Shown here: positions 49,087 to 55,794 of the stretch, in pieces
How the letters are laid out: each line of letters opens with the position of its first letter
Numbering within the stretch: position 1 is the first letter of the stretch
Assembly: GCA_021850485.1 (NCBI GenBank)
Contig: JAJZLY010000025.1
Coordinates: forward strand, 114,249-178,248
Direction of reading: 5' to 3'
DNA from: Bacillota bacterium
Lineage (GTDB): Bacteria > Bacillota > Sulfobacillia > JAJZYS01 > JAJZLH01
DNA length: 64,000 nt
The notes under the pieces: model-generated
Told to the model about the DNA's origin: nothing
The model's input: only the letters and a program-made list of their open reading frames with translations
Database searches by the model: none
Made by a program: the position numbers and the translations under genes

Positions 49087-49536
49087 GTGTCAATCCCCCC
49101 AGGTAAAGAAACTTTCGGTAGCCGTTTCCGAATAGCGCGGCAGCTAAGAGGTCTGACGAGGGAAGACGTTGCGTCTCACCTTGGGTGCACGTTTTATCTC
49201 ATCAAGAAATGGGAATCGGGAGACCGTGCGCCCAATGCCCTGCTGTTGCCAGACATTGAGAAACTCTTGGACGTGGACATGAGATGGCTTCTTGGACGTC
49301 CCGGTGCTCCGAGTCCCGAATCACGCGGACCGGCCTCCGCGCCCAAACCACGAGCGTCCTCTCCCTTGACCGAGGAGAGGCGTCAGGAACTGAGAGAGAT
49401 CAGAATGAGGCGGCGGAGGCCGATTCGTCCGACCGACCTGGATGGGCCAGGTGGCACAGCACCTCCTCCCGAAACAGCTGCACCTGGTCAGGGAAGTGGG
49501 CGTCCTGCCAAGCCCAGGAGGCCATCAGAAGACTGA
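49087..49536 (+). CDS. XRE family HTH regulator (Cro-like) with Pro/Arg-rich tail
   Basis: GTG start preceded by AGGAGGTGA. FRIARQLRGLTREDVASHLGCTFYLIKKWESGDRAPN HTH motif. The C-terminal ~80 aa are low-complexity and of doubtful reality. Confidence 0.7.
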   Translation: MSIPPGKETFGSRFRIARQLRGLTREDVASHLGCTFYLIKKWESGDRAPNALLLPDIEKLLDVDMRWLLGRPGAPSPESRGPASAPKPRASSPLTEERRQELREIRMRRRRPIRPTDLDGPGGTAPPPETAAPGQGSGRPAKPRRPSED

Positions 49537-49726
49537 TGGCGGTCAGTCGGGTCTCATGGTCGAGGCCGCGGCAGAACAGCGCGATGTCGCCAAGGATCTC
49601 TTCCCGCATGGGCCACCCCCGCACCGCCAATGAAGCAGGTAGGTTTTACCATGCGCCAAGCCTGTCGCCTGCGTGATGTCGGCGTGACTGGCAGGACTTC
49701 CATCTGAATAGCGTAACAGGGCCAAG

Positions 49727-49990
49727 ATGTTAGAACCTACAGGCTTCGTGCGACGGGTGGACGAATTGGGCCGGGTGGTCCTGCCCAAAGAACTGCGCGG
49801 CCGCTTCGGAATCGTCGACGGCGACGCGGTGGAAATCTGGGTGCAGGACGACCAGGTGATGCTCGCCAAGCACATCGAGACATGTGTGTTCTGCGGTGGT
49901 CAGGAGAACCTGGCCGCCTTCAAGGGCAAGCGGGTGTGCCGGCCATGCCAAGTTGAGGCGGCTCGCCGCCAAGCCCCCCCCCCCGGCTGA
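49727..49990 (+). CDS. AbrB/SpoVT-type DNA-binding protein with C-terminal CxxC...CxxC element
   Basis: GFVRRVDELGRVVLPKELRGRFGI matches the AbrB swapped-hairpin N-domain. It is followed by CVFCGG...CRPC. Confidence 0.75.
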   Translation: MLEPTGFVRRVDELGRVVLPKELRGRFGIVDGDAVEIWVQDDQVMLAKHIETCVFCGGQENLAAFKGKRVCRPCQVEAARRQAPPPG

Positions 49991-49994
49991 CGCC

Positions 49995-50849
49995 TCAGCG
50001 CGGCAGGGGCCGTGCCGCCCGCACCCCGGCAGGGCGACCGGTCGTCACTCCCAGCTCGTCCACCACCAGCTGGCACGGCGACGGCATCGGGTGAGCGGCC
50101 GGCAGGCCGAGCAGGAATCCCTGCCCGTACTCCGCCCCCAGTTCGCACAGCACCCGCAGCTCCTCCACCGTCTCGATGCCCTCGACGATCACCCTGATGC
50201 CGAGGTCTCTCATCAAATTCAGCACCGCCCTGACCACGATCCGGCGCTGGCGGTCGGCGTCCAGCCCCTCCACCAGGTAGCGGTCGATCTTGATCATGTC
50301 CGGCTGCACCGCCAGCACCGTGCCCAGCGAGGAGTGGCCGGTGCCGTAGTCGTCCAGCACGATGTGGTGCCCGGCCTCCCGCCATCTGTGTAGCCGCTCC
50401 AGCGCATGGGGATGGCCGAGCACATCCTGGTGCTCCGACACCTCGATCGCCAGGCGGTCGGGGTGCACCTCCTTGCCGTCGGCGTCTGCCGGCCACACGT
50501 CGTATCGCAGGTCGACGTTCATGAACAGCAGTTGGTCCTCACCCAGCGCCTGCCGTCCGGTGGTCAGCGCCAGGCGTTTGCAGGCCTCTTCCAGCTGCCG
50601 GCCCTGCTTGCCGCGACGCGCCCGCCGCACGATCTCGCCCGGCGCCTCCCACTGCGACCCGACAGGCCCGCGCACCAGCGCCTCGTGCCCGATCACCTGG
50701 CCGGTCCTGAGGTCCACGATCGGCTGCAGCGCCATCCACAGCGTTTTGAGGAATGCCATGTCCCACCACGGTCCTTCCACGGTGCGCTGATGGTCCTCTC
50801 TGCACCGCTTTCCACCCAATACCTCCCAGATTCGTGCCCAAACTAGCAT
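49995..50849 (-). CDS. Stand-alone EAL-domain protein (predicted c-di-GMP phosphodiesterase)
   Basis: LQPIVDL, GHEALVR, FMNVD, IEVSEH, LDDYGTGHSSL, IKIDR, VEGIET and EYGQGF motifs: all canonical EAL catalytic positions appear present. Start is ATG 50849 or 50759. The ORF extension to 51392 overlaps the upstream gene. Confidence 0.8.
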   Translation of the reverse strand: MLVWARIWEVLGGKRCREDHQRTVEGPWWDMAFLKTLWMALQPIVDLRTGQVIGHEALVRGPVGSQWEAPGEIVRRARRGKQGRQLEEACKRLALTTGRQALGEDQLLFMNVDLRYDVWPADADGKEVHPDRLAIEVSEHQDVLGHPHALERLHRWREAGHHIVLDDYGTGHSSLGTVLAVQPDMIKIDRYLVEGLDADRQRRIVVRAVLNLMRDLGIRVIVEGIETVEELRVLCELGAEYGQGFLLGLPAAHPMPSPCQLVVDELGVTTGRPAGVRAARPLPR

Positions 50850-50878
50850 CCCCTGTATCCTGCCCGCATTCAGCCCCT

Positions 50879-51805
50879 CTAGCCAGGCCCTGGCGGCCCG
50901 GCTCCACGCGCCGTGGCCGTCACCAACTCGGACAGGGGGCCGACCCCAGTTCCATGGCACCTGGTGCACGGCGTCAGGCCGTCCTTGTCGTCGAACAGGG
51001 ATCCCCGCCCGCCACAGGCCGAACACGGGACCGCCCTGAGGGCGGCGGGGGTAGGTGGTACGGCCTGCCGTTCGGCTGCAGCCAAGAAGAACTGCCAGGA
51101 GCTGATCGGCTCCGCTTTCTTGGTGCGGCGATGCCGTTCGGCGGCATGCTTCACGGCGGCTTGTGCTGCTGACAGGGTGCCGCAGGCTTGGATGAAGGCT
51201 GCCGCCTGCTCCGTCTTGGGCACAGCCCTCGGTGCCAACGACCGGACCAGTGCCACCAGGTCTGCCACTCCCTCCGGCTCCCCACCCGTAGGGCGAACGT
51301 CGTCGTCCTGCGTCTGGTTGCCAGTGTGCCGATCCGACACAGACCTGACGATGACGGTTGAGTCTTTCTCCCCTGGGTCTTTGCTTAAGCAAGGACCGGA
51401 CCCCTGGGTCCGGTCTGGAGCGGACATATACTTCCGGTCCTGACCGGACATTTTTGTCCGGTCAGGAGTATCGATCGGCATGATTTCGTACAGGTTCGGC
51501 TGCTGCAGGCCCCGCCGGTGGACCTGCACCAGGTGCTCTTCTTCCAGTTCCTTCAGCCCGCGCCGCACCTGGCGGTCCGTGCATCCTAGATCGGCGGCCA
51601 TCGTGGCCTGATCCGGGTGGCACGCCCCGTCCTGCCAGGCGTAGGAGAGCAGCACGCCGTACAGGACCTTCGCCCCGGAGGAGAGCGTGCGGGACCGCAG
51701 AACGCAGTTCGGCACCTGGGTGAACCCGCCGGCCAGCCGCACGTCGGTGCCGCGGGCGAAGAAGACCGGCGGCTGGTCCCGGTCCTGGTCGACTGTCCTC
51801 GGCAT
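50879..51805 (-). CDS. Replication/HTH protein (HTH_36-like N-domain) with C-terminal DnaJ-type zinc finger
   Basis: GFTQVPNCVL...LSSGAKVLYGVLLSYAW...CHPDQATMAADLGCTDRQVRRGLKELEE is typical of phage/plasmid replication-associated winged-HTH proteins. C-terminus CSACGGRGS...CTRCHGTG. Confidence 0.6.
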   Translation of the reverse strand: MPRTVDQDRDQPPVFFARGTDVRLAGGFTQVPNCVLRSRTLSSGAKVLYGVLLSYAWQDGACHPDQATMAADLGCTDRQVRRGLKELEEEHLVQVHRRGLQQPNLYEIMPIDTPDRTKMSGQDRKYMSAPDRTQGSGPCLSKDPGEKDSTVIVRSVSDRHTGNQTQDDDVRPTGGEPEGVADLVALVRSLAPRAVPKTEQAAAFIQACGTLSAAQAAVKHAAERHRRTKKAEPISSWQFFLAAAERQAVPPTPAALRAVPCSACGGRGSLFDDKDGLTPCTRCHGTGVGPLSELVTATARGAGPPGPG

Positions 51806-51833
51806 GACATCAGACTCCCTTCTCTGGCCAACG

Positions 51834-51860
51834 AAAAAAGGCCGCCCGTGTGGGCGGCCT
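51834..51860 (-). terminator. Rho-independent terminator reading on the minus strand
   Basis: AGGCCGCCC-gtgt-GGGCGGCCT with an A6 run on the plus-strand left side, which is a U6 tail on the minus strand. It sits only ~29 nt upstream of the Rep-like start. Confidence 0.6.
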
Positions 51861-52113
51861 CTTGTTGATTCGCTTCCAGTAGGTGTTTGTGAAGAGAGGA
51901 GCCCATGCGGTTGGTCTTGGGTCGCCCATCTACCGAGAGCCCGAGTCCTTCCTCCGTCGAACCGTTCCGGGCTCGGGCATCGTCGGCAGCGGCGAACTCA
52001 AGAGTGCTCCCTTCTTGTTGCCGAGTGACCACCCGAACGCCTTAGGGAGGAACGGTAATTGTTGGGTGGAATACGTCCCTCATCCTAAATATGAAGTCAG
52101 GAGTTGATGGCTG

Positions 52114-52596
52114 GTGGCGGACCCGACTGAGAGGGGTCTCATTGAGATCATCGGCCATGAGCATGAGCACGTGCGTGCGGCAGAGGTTTCCGAGTTCCTC
52201 CGGAATTACAAAGCCACGTATACCGCCATCCAGTCTTCGTGGATGGTGAACGAATTCAGCCTCCCCGCTCTCCAGGATGAAGCGACTCGTGCACATCTTC
52301 AGGAGTTGTCAACTGCCTACCTTGATGATTTCAGGGTCAGAAATGGACCCTGGGCCAAGCAGGATGCCTTTCGGTCGGTACTGGTGAGGGACGATCTGTT
52401 TCTCCTCAGGTTCACGACCGAGAGCCCCTACGTATTTTTGTTCGACGCATCTATTGTGGCAGGAGTTCTGGCCGTGCTTCTCTGCGGAGGAGAGTTTGAG
52501 TTGACCCTCGTACCTCCCCGTGTTCGCGTCCGCCAGTCTAAGTCGCTGGGCGAAGCTCTTGAGGATCTGAAGCGTGCTTGGCGACACAGACGGTAG
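52114..52596 (+). CDS. Hypothetical protein (160 aa), possible C-terminal TM segment
   Basis: GTG-initiated ORF with coding-like codon usage in the lower-GC block. The hydrophobic stretch FLFDASIVAGVLAVLLCGG is present. Convergent with the nucleotidyltransferase genes. No known motif. Confidence 0.45.
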   Translation: MADPTERGLIEIIGHEHEHVRAAEVSEFLRNYKATYTAIQSSWMVNEFSLPALQDEATRAHLQELSTAYLDDFRVRNGPWAKQDAFRSVLVRDDLFLLRFTTESPYVFLFDASIVAGVLAVLLCGGEFELTLVPPRVRVRQSKSLGEALEDLKRAWRHRR

Positions 52597-52666
52597 ACAG
52601 CCCTGTCCCGGACCCTCCTGGAGGCCAGCCTGTCCCCTTGATTCTTAACCAAGGGACTGTCTACCA
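52593..52666. terminator. Nested inverted repeats between convergent genes
   Basis: GGTAGACAG (52593-52601) pairs with CTGTCTACC (52658-52666). An inner CCCTTG...CAAGGG hairpin surrounds attcttaac. Confidence 0.4.
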
Positions 52667-52702
52667 GCCAGGGGGGCCCGGGACAAGAACGGAATGCCAG
52701 CG

Positions 52703-53587
52703 CTAGGGGTAGTACATGCCGAAAATGTGGCGATAGATCTCGTGCATCTTCGCAAAGTCACCTTCCGCGGCAGCGGCTTCTGCCCTCAAGCATCTGTCGT
52801 ATGCAGATCCGACTTTACTGATGGCCGCCGCACGAGAAGTCTCAGTTAGATAAGCACTGACCTTGCCATCGGTTCCGGCGGGATCACTCAGTTCATATCT
52901 AAGCCTATCCCGAGCCTTGTCAAAAAAGTAGCAGGTGTTCTGCCAGTCCGACTGCATGTTGAGGTGCGACCACCACGAGGACCCAAAAATCGACCAGGCA
53001 AGAACCTCAAGATGGAACGAGCGTAAGGGGCTGTTCGCGGCTTGATTCCATGCCTTGAGTTGTTTGATGCAAGGCACCAGGCGGCCCTCATGGAGCCCGT
53101 TGACCAGGGCTGAGAGTTCGACGTGCTTCTTAGGATTCGTCTCGATCCACTTGTCACCCCCCGAGTCGCAAATGTCCCAAGTGGGCTCCAAACCGGAGCT
53201 GTTCCACCAGGGTCGGCGAAACGCGGGGACCACATCAACAAGAAAGTCGCTGAAGGAGACAGTTACGGCTTGCCCATTGCGGCTGATGCGTGGCGTCCGC
53301 GGATATGTTAGCATCAGTGCCTTCCGCGTGAGTTCCAGTACGGCTCGGGCGTGGCGGGCCCGGTAGCCATCATCCAGGACGACAACAATGTCTATGTCGG
53401 CCTTCGTGAGCGGTGCTATCAAGGTCTGTCGACGATACGACCCAGTCAGAAAGTCATCAACGACGGTGAGCTGGCTGGCTACAGCTTGTCGGACATTTCG
53501 TTGCCTGGTTGCTACCGTTTCATCTTGCAGGTCTGTGAGGTTGAGGTTGTGGCGCAATTGCTCAAATGCCTGCCTTCGTGTCAGCAT
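52703..53587 (-). CDS. SMODS/CD-NTase-like nucleotidyltransferase, copy 2
   Basis: 294 aa. Pol-beta NTase triad GSYRRQT...ADIDIVVVL ... FLVDVVPAF, then a PAP/OAS-like helical domain with LRSFHLEVLAW. Confidence 0.7.
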   Translation of the reverse strand: MLTRRQAFEQLRHNLNLTDLQDETVATRQRNVRQAVASQLTVVDDFLTGSYRRQTLIAPLTKADIDIVVVLDDGYRARHARAVLELTRKALMLTYPRTPRISRNGQAVTVSFSDFLVDVVPAFRRPWWNSSGLEPTWDICDSGGDKWIETNPKKHVELSALVNGLHEGRLVPCIKQLKAWNQAANSPLRSFHLEVLAWSIFGSSWWSHLNMQSDWQNTCYFFDKARDRLRYELSDPAGTDGKVSAYLTETSRAAAISKVGSAYDRCLRAEAAAAEGDFAKMHEIYRHIFGMYYP

Positions 53588-53653
53588 CCGCTTCCCACTC
53601 CGATTACCATAGACTCGGCATCCACCCCTCTAGTGGTGTTGGTGATAGGCACA

Positions 53654-54523
53654 CTAAGCTGGAAACTCCTCTCCCAATTCGATACGCCAGAGCCGCTTGG
53701 CCTCAGTGTGATTGCCTCGGGCCTCCATGAGTAGGGCCAGTTTCGCACGCGCCAAGGCTTCACTGAACCTCGACTCCAGGGCCAACCGATCAATCTCGGT
53801 AAGGTAGCCGTCGAGATTTCCGGAGTGGCCAGCTGGGTCCGCACACGTGACCCGCCTGGACGCCGCTTCGAAAAAGCACTTCAGGTTATCCCGATGGTTG
53901 GAGTCGACCGCCTTAAACATCTTCGCCACCATAACTTCTAGATGGTATGGCTCAAAACGGCGGCTGTGAACGACGTTCCACCGCCGAGCCAGTTTGACCA
54001 GAGGCGTGAGGTTGGTGCCAACGGATGCATGTCGTGCTGAGTACCATTTGGCCTGATACTCGGGGTCTGTGGTCATCCAGTTGCCGTCGCCTTTCGGTAA
54101 AGCGAATCCGCCATCACGCCACTTAAAGACAGGCGCGATGTCGACATGAGCGCCGGACGTATAGAACAGCCGAACGGCCTGACCTCTTGCACCGATCTTC
54201 TTGATCGATGTCTTGGCGTTCAATGCCATTCGGATCCGTTGAAGGAAGACATCGGACTCGGAGCGATATTGTTCAAAGATCCCTTCCCTGTTAACGAATA
54301 CAGCCATCACGTCGATGTCCTGAACGGGTCGAATGATGGTTCCCCGAGCCGCAGAGCCAATTAGGATGACTCGACTAAGGGGTAGCGTGCTCGATGCGGG
54401 GAAGGCCTTGCGCAAGTTTCTCTCAGTGGCTTGCCGCTTATCAGAAATGTCTTGTTTCTGCGAATCTGTAGGGCTGATCGCTTCCAGAAACGCCGCGAAC
54501 GCCTGGGCCGTCGTGAGTGCCAC
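53654..54523 (-). CDS. SMODS/CD-NTase-like nucleotidyltransferase, copy 1
   Basis: 289 aa. GSAARGTIIRPVQDIDVMAVF ... AHVDIAPVF triad and FEPYHLEVMVA helical-domain motif. The GTG start shares 1 nt with the SLATT TAG (TAGTG). Confidence 0.7.
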   Translation of the reverse strand: MALTTAQAFAAFLEAISPTDSQKQDISDKRQATERNLRKAFPASSTLPLSRVILIGSAARGTIIRPVQDIDVMAVFVNREGIFEQYRSESDVFLQRIRMALNAKTSIKKIGARGQAVRLFYTSGAHVDIAPVFKWRDGGFALPKGDGNWMTTDPEYQAKWYSARHASVGTNLTPLVKLARRWNVVHSRRFEPYHLEVMVAKMFKAVDSNHRDNLKCFFEAASRRVTCADPAGHSGNLDGYLTEIDRLALESRFSEALARAKLALLMEARGNHTEAKRLWRIELGEEFPA

Positions 54524-55059
54524 TACTGATCGACCCGGAATCGCTGCGACCCGCCGTCAATTTGCCTCTTTGCCCTTTGCCAAGCGCGGGAAGAGGTGAT
54601 CTCCGACTCATGGTTGAGCTTCTGAAGCCGCCTGACCAGTTCACTTAGCTGCTGACGAGCCTCAGTGTCTGATAGAGCAACAAGATCGACATGGAGGAAG
54701 ATGCGGCTGTCTTGCTGGAGTGCTCGGTACGCGTTGGCGGCAGCGGACGCCTTTGCTTTTCCATGTCGCGGCCCGATCGACGCGGCAACAGCTCCAACAG
54801 CTGCCGCCAGTAATGCGATCCATCCCGCCCAGGTCCTCGACAAGATCGTGGAAAGGCCGGTGACTCCTGCGACGGCCGCCAGCACTGCCGAGGTAATCCC
54901 TAACCACTGCTCCCAGAAACCCCAGTGTTTCGCAAACTCGAATTGACACTCGGAAGCATATGTTGCCGACTCCTCAACGCGCTCGGCCTCTCGGCGGATC
55001 TCGTCCCGGTGCGCCGACAATATTTCTGGAGGTGTCTTCCCCTCTTGGTCGTCCGCCAT
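54523..55059 (-). CDS. SLATT-like two-TM protein (predicted membrane effector)
   Basis: 178 aa. Helical N-region, two adjacent TM helices (WLGITSAVLAAVAGVTGLSTI and WAGWIALLAAAVGAVAASIG), then a helical tail with AANAYRALQQDSRIFL. ATG preceded by GGAGAGGGG. Confidence 0.65.
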   Translation of the reverse strand: MADDQEGKTPPEILSAHRDEIRREAERVEESATYASECQFEFAKHWGFWEQWLGITSAVLAAVAGVTGLSTILSRTWAGWIALLAAAVGAVAASIGPRHGKAKASAAANAYRALQQDSRIFLHVDLVALSDTEARQQLSELVRRLQKLNHESEITSSRAWQRAKRQIDGGSQRFRVDQ

Positions 55060-55077
55060 GAGGCCACCCCTCTCCCG

Positions 55078-55794
55078 TTAGCTGTTGAGAAAGCCACGCA
55101 CATGAGCTTCCATAGCCGCCGCGAACCGCCGGAATGTTAGCGAGGCGCCCGGAAACGTGACCTCTGTAGGGTCCGACTTAGTAGCTAATGCCAGGCAGCA
55201 GCTGTTGTACTTCCGTTCGAGAATAAGCCGTTCACACAGCACCTCGTATCGTCTTGCGTAGGAAGCGCCCTTAAAGATTGGATCGACTTGGAAATGCCGC
55301 TCCGAGTTTCGGACGGGTGTGTGAACCCTTGGGCAGTCTTCAAACAAGAAGACGTAGCCTAGGAAGGGCGCTGGATGCTGTCCGAGCCGGCCTTCCCGAA
55401 AAGCTGTCCAAATATCCTCGGCGTTCCCAATCGCCTCTTCGGTTCGGTTGTTGAAATTATTACCGAAACTCGGACCCACCTGCGACTTCAACTCAACCGC
55501 AAGCACAAGCTTACCGTCCACCACCGCGACGAGATCCCACTTCTTCTCTGGACGGTAATAGCCTGGCAGCTCCAAGGCGCTCTGGGTGCTCACATGTTTG
55601 GAGTTAAGGCCCGCCGCCACCAGAACACTGGTAAGCAAGGTCGCAATGGCACCCATATGGGTGCCACCGGTAACAGCTCCGCGAGTACCAGCGTCGGCCT
55701 TGCCTGCGCTCATCTGCTTCTGCTGTTGCCGCTGCCGGCCGTGCCAGAAAGCTTGGACGGCCTCTGAGAACTGCCTGTCGAGGTCGTCTAGCAT
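55078..55794 (-). CDS. Type II restriction endonuclease, XhoI/PaeR7I family
   Basis: 238 aa with ELKSQVGPSFGNNFNNRTEEAIGNAEDIW, which I recognise as the conserved core of PaeR7I/XhoI-type enzymes. The ATG overlaps the methylase stop (ATGCTAG). Confidence 0.65.
   Translation of the reverse strand: MLDDLDRQFSEAVQAFWHGRQRQQQKQMSAGKADAGTRGAVTGGTHMGAIATLLTSVLVAAGLNSKHVSTQSALELPGYYRPEKKWDLVAVVDGKLVLAVELKSQVGPSFGNNFNNRTEEAIGNAEDIWTAFREGRLGQHPAPFLGYVFLFEDCPRVHTPVRNSERHFQVDPIFKGASYARRYEVLCERLILERKYNSCCLALATKSDPTEVTFPGASLTFRRFAAAMEAHVRGFLNS

Noticed and set aside
49400-49630. 76-aa minus-strand ORF (MREEILGDIALFCRGLDHETRLTAISLLMASWAW...), vaguely like phage DUF1376/YdaU N-termini
   Set aside because: It overlaps the 3' part of the Cro-like ORF, is short, and the resemblance is only a loose impression. 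It cannot be supported without a profile search.
51586-52032. 148-aa minus-strand ORF
   Set aside because: It reads through the strong terminator hairpin at 51834-51860 and overlaps the Rep-like gene start. Composition is poor.
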